A stretch of DNA of 64,000 nt from Felis catus (Eukaryota). The DNA is taken from positions 60,698,001-60,762,000 of the forward strand of contig NC_058382.1 in the NCBI RefSeq assembly GCF_018350175.1, read 5' to 3'. Positions 35,351 to 64,000 of this stretch are shown one piece after another. Every line of letters starts with the position of its first letter. The stretch's first letter is position 1. The notes beneath the pieces are model-generated. The model was not told the DNA's origin. It was given only the letters and a program-made list of their open reading frames with translations, and did no database searches. Position numbers and translations under genes: made by a program.

Positions 35351-38300
35351 GTGGATGGGCACCGACGGGAGAAAACACTTGGAGGGGAGAGCCGGGAAAC
35401 AGGGCGGTGTGGCCCCCCAAAAGACTTGCCCTGGAGGGAGGGCGCAGACCAGGGGGTTGCATGCACACTCTCCATTCGGAGAGTGGGCCTGGAGCCGCTG
35501 TGGGAGACAGTGGAGAAAGCGCGGGGCCGGGTCACTTGAGACCCGGCAGGTGGGCCGGCCTGTTGGAGAGCACGTCAGTGGGGGTGGGGACAGAAGGCAC
35601 TGGAGTTAGCAGGGCCGGAGGGCCCGAGCGCAGTGGCGGCTGCGTGTCTAGCTTGCCAGCAAGGCTGGGCAAGGAAGGGGTCAGGCCTGGCCCTTCTGAC
35701 TTGACTCCAGCAGAAACTGTCATTGGTGCCCCCAGCAGCCGGTGTGTAGCCAGCTGAGGGAAGTAGGAAACCCTCTCTTACCGCAGGGTGTCCTCACTCG
35801 TTCTCCTTTGCGGTCCTGTCCACCAGGTCTCGAGCCCCAGTGCCCTGGCTGCCCCAGGCTCCCCAGAGGAGGCCACTCTCTCAGCAGGTCAGCTGCCCTG
35901 CTTGGCAGCCCAGGAGGACAAGGTGAGGCTGGCCCCGGGGGGAGGGAGAGTGGTGTGGGGGTGACGGGCCAGCTGATGGCATCTTGTGTCCACAGGCCTC
36001 CTCAAAAGTCACACTTTCTGAACTCAAGTCGTGCCTACAGCGGGCACGGGAGCTAGGGGCCCGGGCCCAGGAGCTGAAAGCAAGTGCCCAGAGGAAGGAT
36101 GCTGGGGAACCCTGTGTGTTGGAGGACCAGGGGCAGCCAGCAGGGCCATGGTGAGTCCTGGGTGGGCAGACAGGCACCCAGGGAAAGGCTAGGCTGGTGG
36201 GAAGATGGCAGGCGGGACAAGGCTGGGGGGCCTGCTCCCCTTCCAGTCCCTGCCACTCACTTGCTCTGCACCTCAGTCTCCATCCATAAGAGGGTGCCCG
36301 TTCTTGCCTCAGTGGCCCTTGTGACTTTGGAATGCCGTCTACAGCTGCCATTTGTTGGGTATTTGTCTCCTGCGCCCATGTCTGTCCTCCCCAGCTCCTG
36401 AGGTCATATGTGCCTCGTAGAGATAAGGAGCCAGGACTTCCCTAGGTGACCGGGCGAGATGTGAGGCCACGCTTTTCTGGTTCCAGCCCTAGTGCTGGTG
36501 ACGGGAGACTGGGCGCGCCGGGGTTTTGGGACCGGTGTGTGGTGTGTCACGGGAACAGGGACGGTTTGCAGGCCCCGGCTCCGGGGTCTCCCTGGCCATT
36601 TGGCCTGCCTGCCGTCGGTGTCGGAGGGTGTGGGTCTGGTGCTTCTCCTGAGGCCTCGCTCCACTCCTGGCAGCGGACAGAAGGCACCCGCCTACCAGCG
36701 CTTCCACGCCTTGGCCCAGCCGGGGCCCCCGGGGCTTGTGCTGCCCTACAAGTACCAGGTGCTGGCCGAGATGTTCCGCAGCATGGACACCATTGTGGGC
36801 ATGCTCTACAACCGCTCCGAGACCGCGACCTTTGCCAAGGTTAAGCAGGGCGTCCAGGACATGATGCGCAAGTGAGTGGCCCGCAGAGGGTGGGGGCCTC
36901 ACCCTGCCCGTACGGTCTGAGTGTGCCCTTCCCGGCGCGCTCTGACCCAGCACCTTGTCCCGCAGGCGCTTTGAGGAGCGCAACGTGGGCCAGATCAGAA
37001 CCGTGTACCCCGCTTCTTACCGCTTCCGCCAGGAGCGCAACGTCCCCACCTTCAAGGACGGCGTCAAGAGGTCCGATTACCAGCTTACCATTGAGCCGCT
37101 GCTAGACCAGGGTGAGCGCGCTCTGACTGAGGTCACGCGTGTCCGAGCCTCGGTTTCCCCGCCAGTGACACTGCGTGATTTTGGGCGTGGCGTGAGGCGT
37201 CGGAGACCAGCAGTCTGGGGGCCTGGGTGACGGGGCGGGCCCGGGCGGGGGGCTCAGGCCTGAAGTCTTCCCGCAGAGGCTGGCGGCACGGCTCCCCAGC
37301 TCACGGCCTCGCACCTCCTGCGGCGCAGACAGGTCTTCGGCCAGAATCTGGTGGAGCGCGTCCGGGAGCACCACAGGGTGAGTGACGGGGGTGACCCGCT
37401 CCGTCCTCGGAGGAAGCACCTCCCCGGCAGGCCCCGGGCTGGGCCCCGAAACCGTCCCTGTCATAGCTCCGTCTTACCCCGCAGGAGACGGGCCCTCGTG
37501 AGAGGCTGACTCTTCGAGTTCTCTTCACCCGTCTCCGAGGCTGCCTCGTGGGGTGGGTGCAGGGCTGGGCGAGAGCCCCGCTCCTGGTTCCCCAGTGGAG
37601 GGCCGGGAGCTCAGGGCTGCAGCCTCAGGCCCTGGGGGCGCGTGATGGGCTCAGTGCTGCTCTGTGCCGGGTGTCATGCCCTTTGGCCCAGCTGAGCACC
37701 TGAGCCCAAGATGGCCCGACTGGGCGGGCTAGGAACGCAGCAGCCCTGCCCCCCTCCCCACCCCCCGGCCCCGCCCAATGCAGATGTGCCTGGGCTCACC
37801 TGGCACTCGCGTCTCCTCATACAGGCCTTCCTCGCCTCCCTGAACCCGCCCATGGTGGTGCCTGAGGACCAGCTGACACGTTGGCACCCCCACTTCAATG
37901 TGGACGAAGTGCCTGACATCGAGCCGGCTGAGCTGCCCCAGCCCCCCACCACGGAGAAGCTGGCCACCGCCCAGGAGGTGCTGGCCCGTGCCCGCAGCCT
38001 GATGTCACCCAGGGTGAGGCCGCCTTAGGGCTTGCGGTGCGGGCACCCGACAGGCTCCATCCTTGGCCATGCGCCTCCAGGGTGGTGGGACGTGCCTTCC
38101 CCCCTTACGGAGCGCTGCCTGCTTGGCAGGCTGCGCCCTGGGCACCGTGACGCTCAGGGTGAGCCTAGGCCGGCAGACAGCGACCTCCCTGTGGCCGGGC
38201 CGGGTGGGGGCGCCTTCTGATTCTCCCCTCTGAACTGCCTCAGATGCAAAAGGCCCTGAGTGACCTGGCTCTGCGTACGGCCAAGTCCGGCAGCCCCGGG

Positions 38301-39235
38301 TCCCCCGGCCCTGCCCTGCCGGCCACCCCGCCGGCCACCCCGCCTGCCGCCCTGAAGGGGGTGTCCCAGGACCTGCTGGAGCGGGTGAGTGTCCGGGGTC
38401 CTGGCAGGGGCCCGTGGGACCGGCTCTCCGCTGACCGTTCTCGGGGCCTACCGCAGATCCGCTGCAAGCAGGCGCAGAAGCAGCTGGCGCAGATGACGCG
38501 GCAGCCGGAGCAGGAGCGGCGGCTGCAGCGGCTGGAGCGGCTGCCCGAGCTGGCCCGCGTGCTGCGTGGCGTCTTCGTGTCGGAGCGCAAGCCCGCCCTC
38601 ACCATGGAGGTGGCCTGCGCCAGGATGGCGGGCAGCTACCGTGCGGCCCTGAGCCCTGGTGTGTGCCCCCTCCCTGTGTTCCCCGCTCAGGATGAGGCTG
38701 GGCACGGTGTCCTCGAGCCCCCACCCGGCCCCCAGACCCCCTCAGACCCCCTCAGACAGCGCCGGGCCCCACGGGACTGTGGGTTCCCTCCAGGCTGCAG
38801 GGCGACCTCCCCTCTCCCCCCTCCAGGCCTGGTGTTGGGCTCAGTGGGAGGGTCAGCTCCTCAGCAAGGCCATTCTGTCACTGCCCTGGCCCGAGCCCTT
38901 CCACCTTCCCACCGTTGGGTCTGCTGCTTGGAGGCTTGGACAGGCCTGCGGGGCGGGGCGGGGGGGGGGGCTGGTCCTAAGGCAGGCCCGCTGACTGGTC
39001 TGGACCCCCCCATAAGGGGTCAGTACCCCCTCCCAGGCGCACGGCCCTGCTAACATCCTGTCTGTCTGCAGGGGAGATGGAGAAACACGTACAGCTGCTC
39101 TCTGAACTGCTGCCCGACTGGCTCAGCCTCCACCACGTCCGCACCGACACCTATGTCAAGCTGGACAAGGCTGCTGACCTGGCAGGTGTCCTCGCCCGGC
39201 TGGCCCACGTTGCCCGTGCCGAGGCGGCACTGTGA
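35064..39235 (+). CDS. CDT1: CDT1, DNA replication licensing factor, spliced CDS of 10 exons (1623 nt, 540 aa)
   Basis: join 35064-35294,35827-35922,35996-36150,36674-36871,36966-37111,37277-37377,37825-38013,38244-38384,38457-38658,39072-39235. All introns are GT-AG and the frame is continuous to TGA. Contains the PIP degron [12 protein letters not shown], the Cy motif RRL, and the geminin-binding region PAYQRF...LPYKY. Confidence 0.97.
35827..35922 (+). CDS. CDT1: CDT1 exon 2
   Basis: ccag|GTC...AAG|GTGAGG; [32 protein letters not shown] (poorly conserved region). Confidence 0.8.
35996..36150 (+). CDS. CDT1: CDT1 exon 3
   Basis: cacag|GCC...TG|GTGAGT; [17 protein letters not shown]. Confidence 0.92.
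36674..36871 (+). CDS. CDT1: CDT1 exon 4
   Basis: 198 nt; [17 protein letters not shown]...[22 protein letters not shown]. Confidence 0.97.
36966..37111 (+). CDS. CDT1: CDT1 exon 5
   Basis: 146 nt; [23 protein letters not shown]...YQLTIEPLL. Confidence 0.97.
37277..37377 (+). CDS. CDT1: CDT1 exon 6
   Basis: 101 nt; [29 protein letters not shown]. Confidence 0.95.
37825..38013 (+). CDS. CDT1: CDT1 exon 7
   Basis: 189 nt; [41 protein letters not shown]. Confidence 0.97.
38244..38384 (+). CDS. CDT1: CDT1 exon 8
   Basis: 141 nt; [11 protein letters not shown]...[22 protein letters not shown]. Confidence 0.95.
38457..38658 (+). CDS. CDT1: CDT1 exon 9
   Basis: 202 nt; [10 protein letters not shown]...[24 protein letters not shown]; weak donor G|GTGTGT. 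Confidence 0.95.
39072..39235 (+). CDS. CDT1: CDT1 exon 10 coding part
   Basis: 164 nt; [36 protein letters not shown]...TGA. Confidence 0.96.
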
Positions 39236-39383
39236 GTCTCGCGGGCCTGGGCTTAGGTCCTTGGCCTGCCGTGTCTCTTTTATTCCCTTTAGGAACACAA
39301 TGCACTTTTCTCCCCCTCCTAACTCCCCACCAGGGTCCCTGGCCAGTGCAGGTGGTGGGCCCACCCTCTTGCAGAATATTGTC

Positions 39384-39389
39384 ATTAAA
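39384..39389 (+). terminator. CDT1: CDT1 proximal poly(A) signal ATTAAA
   Basis: About 150 nt after the stop and followed by a GT-rich downstream element (tggtttctgttggtgactgtcgtcgttggtgtcttt). Confidence 0.65.
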
Positions 39390-39838
39390 CTGGTTTCTGT
39401 TGGTGACTGTCGTCGTTGGTGTCTTTGGGGGCATAGCGGAGTGGGGTGGCTTTGCAGTCTGTGAGGGTTGAGGCGGTGGGCACAATGCCCCCGATATGTC
39501 CACATGGGAATCCCTGGTGACCCAGTGAGCTCAGTGTCACTGCTGGACCCGTACAAGAGGGAGGCGGACTGCAGGACTGGGGGATGCAGGGGGGACCCGG
39601 AGCCCGATTTTTCCTGGAACCTTCAGGAGCCAGCCCCACTCCACTGACAGTGTTGTGAGCCACCCTGCTGGTGTGACTGACCACAGCAACTGAGAGGCCG
39701 TTTGGGCAGCACCTGCCTCCTGACAGGCAGCTGGGAGCAGAGAGCCACAGAATGCCAGACACATGCCCGCCCAACCCGCCAAGTGGGATTCCCGCACCTC
39801 TTGGCCCCGGATAAAGAACAGCCACTCTAGCAAAGCAC

Positions 39839-39844
39839 TTTATT
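39839..39844 (-). terminator. APRT: APRT poly(A) signal AATAAA
   Basis: Canonical hexamer about 200 nt after the stop, with a U-rich upstream element near 39945-39961. Confidence 0.8.
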
Positions 39845-39976
39845 CACCTCTTCTCAGTGTTTGCAGGTGGCCCTGCAGTGGCCGGGAGCCTCGGCACCTC
39901 CAGAACCTGCAGAAAGGGCCCCAGGAGGTAGAAAAAGGCAACTGCAAAAAGTTAAAAAAAAGTCCGGACGGGTGGC

Positions 39977-39995
39977 CAGCGCCCCCTGGCGGCCA
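39977..39995 (-). promoter_or_regulatory. CTCF motif in APRT 3' UTR
   Basis: TGGCCGCCAGGGGGCGCTG versus consensus TGGCCACCAGGGGGCGCTA (17/19). Confidence 0.7.
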
Positions 39996-40046
39996 TCGGC
40001 CAGCCACGAGGCAGGAACTCCTCTCGGCCAGAGGGGGGAGGGTGGG

Positions 40047-40189
40047 TCAGTCGTACTGCAGAAGAGAGAAGACCGGCACGGCCCCCAGCTTCTCCCTGCC
40101 CTTCAGCGAGGTCAGCTCCACCAGGCTCACGCACTCCAGCACCTCCGCCCGCAGCTGGCCCAGCAGTTCACAGGCCGCATGCATGGTTC
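40047..40189 (-). CDS. APRT: APRT exon 5 coding part
   Basis: [49 protein letters not shown]. Confidence 0.97.
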
Positions 40190-42268
40190 CTGAGTGGGTG
40201 GGCAGAGGGCACACAATGAGGCCCCACCCAGCCGGGGGGCGGGGAGGTGGCGTGGGGACGAGGCTCCCACCTGCCCACACAGGGTCTTGCCGCTCACGCG
40301 TAAACCGTACAGTGCTGAGGCCCCAACCCACGTCTCACACGTGGGCTGAGCCACTTCCCTGCACCCCCAGCAGTCCTAGCGCCAGGCCCTGTTTGCCGGG
40401 GGGGGGGGGGGGGGGGGAGACCCTCACCCCCAGTGGCCAGCAGATCGTCCACGACAACCACCTTCTGCCCTGGCTCCAAGGCGTCTCTCTGGATTTCCAG
40501 CTCAGCCTGCAGATAGGAAGCAGGCACTCGGTCTGCACGTCTCCAGACGCGGCCCTGGTGTGCAGAGCCTGGGAGGTGGTGCCGACGAGAGCCCAACCCA
40601 CCCAGCTGCCGCTTGGCTGCGTGAGCTAGGCTGGCGTCTCGGGCAGAGTTGGCGTCAGCCGCGGCAGCTACACCCGACCCAGGGGATATCCTCAGGAAGC
40701 CCAAGGGTCACGGGTGGCGGTGCCCAGCCCACTCACCTTCCCATATTCCAACGTGTATGAGGCGGACACCGTGGGGCCGGGCAGCTTCCCTCGCTTTCGG
40801 ATGAGCACGCAGCCCAAGCCAAGCTCCTGGGCCAGGGAGGGGCCGAACAGAAAGCCTCGGGAGTCTAGGCCTGTTGGTCAGAGGTGGGGTGTCAGGGGTG
40901 GCTGTGTGGCACGGGAGCACGAGGGTCCCCAGGGGCCAGTGCCGGACAGTGGCAAGAAGCCCCCGGCTTTGTTGGCTCCAGCTAAAAGTCCTTGACTGAG
41001 CACCTACCTCTGTGCAGAGCCTGCTGGGTGCTGCAGGGCAGGAGCCGGGGACCCAGAAGCGGAAATTACTGTGTGGCCTCAGGGAAGTTACCTGCCTTCT
41101 CCCCACAGCCCTGCCGCCAGCCTGTCACTGGGCTGCTAATAACTAAGGAGCGGACTCAGATGGCTCTTGTCATTCTCGCAGCAGCATCTGCCCTGGAGGG
41201 GCTGGCCCCGGGCTATCTCCTGCTATCTCCCGCGGTCACTCACAGGGGAAGCGCAGGCCCCACCCCCTAGGGGTGCCGCCAGGGAGGGCTTCCAGAGGAA
41301 GGAACCCTCTGAAGGACACAGTCAAGTGAAAAGCCATGGACCCACAGGGCAGAGGGGAGCCATGGGAGGGCCGGGGCATGGCGCTGTCACGGAGACCTGG
41401 CCTGCTGGGGTCCTCCCTGAAGCCCCGTGCTGGGCAGAGGGCCTGGCCCACAGCTCAACACACAGACGGGCAACAAGAGTGTTCTTGGCCCAGTGGACTC
41501 TGGTCAGACACCCCTGGGATACTCAGCCCGTAGCCCCACCAGTCCAGAACGGAGGACCAGGAAGTCGGCGAGAGCGAGGGGCACGGCGATGGGGTGACCT
41601 TGCCCTCAGCCGGCCACCGCACGGACGCGCCCACCCTCAGGCAGCCAAGTGCGGCTCAGCAGGTCCATCCTTACAGCCTACTCGAGGGTCAGCAGCCAAG
41701 CACGGTGCGACGTTCAGCGTGTCCCCGACGGACGCCCCCCAAGCCTCTTCCAAGCTAACGTGGGTCGCCCCTCCGTCCGCGCCGCTCAGGGCTCAGGGGG
41801 GAGGAACGCCCACGGTACCCTCGCGGAGCCTGGCACAGACCCGGCGACCTCTCCGGGCTTCTCGAGACACCCCAGGGCACAGCATCGGCGCCGGGGGCAG
41901 GCAGGAGGCCCGGGGAGGGTCCACCTGGGATTCGAGGACCCGCCCCTGCCCCCTCCACTTACCCACGATGTAGTCGATCTTGCCGCCGTGGGTCTCTTTC
42001 AGGTGATTCGTCAGGAGGCGGATGGACGCGCGGAAGGAGTCGGGGTCCTTCAGGACGGGCGAGATATCCCTGGCACGCGAGGGCAGGCCTGGTGACCCCC
42101 GGGGTCCGGTCCGGGCCCCGCACGGGGACGGCGGGCTCGCTGGCCTGGCCCCGCGCGGTCGCCCCCCCGCCCCGCCCCGCGCCCGCACCTGAACAGCACG
42201 CCGGGCACGGGGAAGTCCGGGAAGCTACGGATGCGCCGCGCCACCAGCTGCAGGTCGGAGTCCGCCAT
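40047..42268 (-). CDS. APRT: APRT, adenine phosphoribosyltransferase, spliced CDS of 5 exons (543 nt, 180 aa)
   Basis: complement join 42189-42268,41963-42069,40737-40870,40428-40506,40047-40189. Exon sizes 80/107/134/79/143 are as in other mammals. Contains the PRPP-binding motif [13 protein letters not shown]. Confidence 0.98.
40428..40506 (-). CDS. APRT: APRT exon 4
   Basis: [26 protein letters not shown]. Confidence 0.97.
40737..40870 (-). CDS. APRT: APRT exon 3
   Basis: [44 protein letters not shown]. Confidence 0.97.
41963..42069 (-). CDS. APRT: APRT exon 2
   Basis: [35 protein letters not shown]; G|GTAAGT. Confidence 0.97.
42189..42268 (-). CDS. APRT: APRT exon 1
   Basis: [27 protein letters not shown]; AG|GTGCGG. 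Confidence 0.97.
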
Positions 42269-42305
42269 CGCGGGGTGAGCGCGGGGTGAGCGCGGGGTGA
42301 GCGCG
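42269..42305. repeat. Tandem 11-mer (CGCGGGGTGAG)x3 plus CGCG, directly upstream of the APRT ATG
   Basis: Perfect units at 42269, 42280 and 42291. Confidence 0.95.
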
Positions 42306-42774
42306 TGTCCGCGAGCGGCAGGGGTGCGCCGGCGGCTCTGCGCCTGCGCGAGCGAGCGGGGCGCCTACGCTAGGCGCCAGTGGGCGGGGCCGCCGTCGCC
42401 CGCAGGGACTACCGTATTCCACCGAATCTTAGGTGCCGCGTTGTTGCTCTAGCGCCCTGAACAGGCGCGCCCCGTCCGGCTCGTCGCCGCCGCCGCGCTC
42501 GCTCTCCTACCGCGCGGTGCGAGGGGCGGACGCGCGCGGCCACCAACATGCTGGGCCCAGCCCGAGCGTCCCCTGCAGGAGTACGCCGGTGGACGGGGAC
42601 GGCAGCGGGGGTGCCGAGCCCTGGAGGGGACGGGCCGGCTCCGCCAGACCCTCCGGGAGCGCGCGGGCGTTGGGAGTGCCGGGGCCACCCGAGAGTCCAG
42701 CCCCGGCATCAGCGACGGGGCGAGGCAGAGGGAAACCCACCCCGCCCACTTCCGCAAAGGGTCAAATCCTTATT

Positions 42775-42797
42775 AAAAAAAAAAAAAAAAAAAAAAA
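42775..42797 (+). repeat. A23 homopolymer
   Basis: Read directly; lies between the GALNS poly(A) signal and the APRT island edge. Confidence 0.95.
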
Positions 42798-42815
42798 GGA
42801 AAAAGGCCTGTTAAC

Positions 42816-42821
42816 TTTATT
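42816..42821 (-). terminator. GALNS: GALNS poly(A) signal AATAAA
   Basis: First clear canonical hexamer I noted, about 710 nt after the stop. It is followed 18 nt later by a T23 tract on the sense strand (U-rich downstream element). Confidence 0.75.
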
Positions 42822-43528
42822 CTAGAACTTTTCACCATCGTTTCCCAAGTCTTAGAACGGTACAGCTCTGGCATCACAACGGCAGAGACGTGAAAACCCC
42901 ACTAGAAGGCGGCTCCACACGCCTTCGGGGCGGGTAAGGTTGGCGTCCACACCCGCTCGCTGTCTCTCCGCACCGTGCCACACCAGGTAACGGGCGGCTG
43001 GAAGGGAGGCCCCCCTCGCCATGCAGGGCACCAGGACAGCATCCCTAAGGTAGGTGTTAAAACGAAGGTGCTGGCATCCCTCTGTCCTCACCGGACCAGG
43101 GAGGCCTTCCTTGGCTGCTGCCAACCCCCCTTCCACATTCACAACTCCCTCCTAGCAGGCTGGTGCCAAGGGCTCAAGCAGGATTGGCATGGCCAACTTC
43201 GACAGTGGGACTCACACATGGGAGGGGACAGCTCCGGCTTTGGATCCCGGGATGGAGGCAGGGCCCTGAGCAAGTGCGTTCAGCTTTGGGGCTGGGCCGA
43301 GGCTGTGGGCTGCCGTGGCAAGTTGGGGTGGGCCAGGAGGAGGGCTGGGAGACCGCGGGCACGTGCAGGTCCTGCTGTCACCTGTAGGTAACGTCTGTCT
43401 GGTGCAGGCAGGGCAGAGAACAGTTGGGGCTCTTCCAGCTCAGGAGCCCTGAGGCCAGAGCCTTCCTCCCCGCAGGCATTCGCAGGGCCAGTAGGAGAGC
43501 CCGGGCCTGGCTGGAACACGAGCAGGTG

Positions 43529-63564
<20,036 letters not shown>

Positions 63565-63619
63565 CTGCAGGAGACGGCACGGAGAGGTGGAACCACCTCC
63601 TTCCGTCTCGGGGGAGTCG

Positions 63620-64000
63620 CGACGGGAAAGCCGGAGCCGCTGTCGCTGCGCCCCACGAGCCGCAGAACTCACCGACCACACCCCAGCGCCTGGCGGCCTC
63701 CCGCTCGCGGGGCCGGCGGCTCAAAACACACATCTACGCGCAACGAGAAGCGAGAGCCCCCGAGCCTACTGCGCAAAGCCAGGCCGAGGAAGAAGCGGCC
63801 AGGCTCCCCACCAAGCTCGCCACGGCGTGGCCCCACGCCTGCACGGTTCCACTCCCGGGTCTACCCGGGGAACGGCCAGCCGGCGCCACGCGCAACCACA
63901 CGAATGACGCGAACAGCCACAGCGGCGCGATTCACGACGGCCCCAGAGCCTGTCACGTGCCGGGTGCACGTACAGAACGCGGCCCACCCACACGGTCCCG
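63620..64000 (+). mobile_element. GC-shifted L1M fragment in GALNS intron 1
   Basis: ttccactcccgggtctacccggggaa and acacgaatg...cacagcggcgcgattcacgacggcc match L1 ttccactcctaggtatttacccaagagaa and catagcagcattattcataatagcc. Confidence 0.65.

Larger units (their letters stand above)
41950..42760. promoter_or_regulatory. APRT: APRT CpG island / TATA-less GC-box promoter
   Basis: CpG-dense, with GC boxes at 42382-42390 and 42740-42748 and ETS-like ACTTCCG at 42748-42754. Confidence 0.8.

Noticed and set aside
42775-42797. A23 as a retrocopy or SINE tail
   Set aside because: No upstream SINE or mRNA body and no TSD; better explained as the U-rich element after the GALNS poly(A) signal.

Overview
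This is mammalian genomic DNA, not microbial. It is GC- and CpG-rich and carries carnivore tRNA-derived SINEs of the felid SINEC_Fc type, so it is almost certainly a cat or other felid. The block is syntenic to human 16q24.3 (cat chr E2, from established comparative maps). Left to right it holds four genes. PIEZO1 (minus) is represented by exon 1, its CpG-island/TATA promoter and about 20 kb of intron 1; exon 2 was not found. CDT1 (plus) is complete, with 10 exons and 540 aa. APRT (minus) is complete, with 5 exons and 180 aa, and lies tail-to-tail with CDT1. GALNS (minus) is present as exons 2-14; exon 1 lies beyond the right edge. All 29 coding exons were delimited by hand with GT-AG boundaries and consistent phases. 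There are about 19 SINEC copies plus older MIR, L2, L1M, MLT1 and hAT (MER33, MER58) fossils. I see no CRISPR, operon or new protein family, and almost all of the ORF track is GC-rich noise. The best leads are non-coding: an orphan promoter-like CpG island between PIEZO1 and CDT1; a TEAD/AP-1 motif cluster and a Met-Ser-Pro uORF at PIEZO1; a near-consensus CTCF site at the CDT1/APRT junction; a 3x11-bp repeat abutting the APRT ATG; L1 fossils rewritten toward GC/CpG (possible GC-biased gene conversion); SINE-derived cryptic acceptor and hairpin candidates in GALNS; and many long G/C homopolymers. Comparisons to human proteins and repeat consensuses are from memory and need database confirmation.
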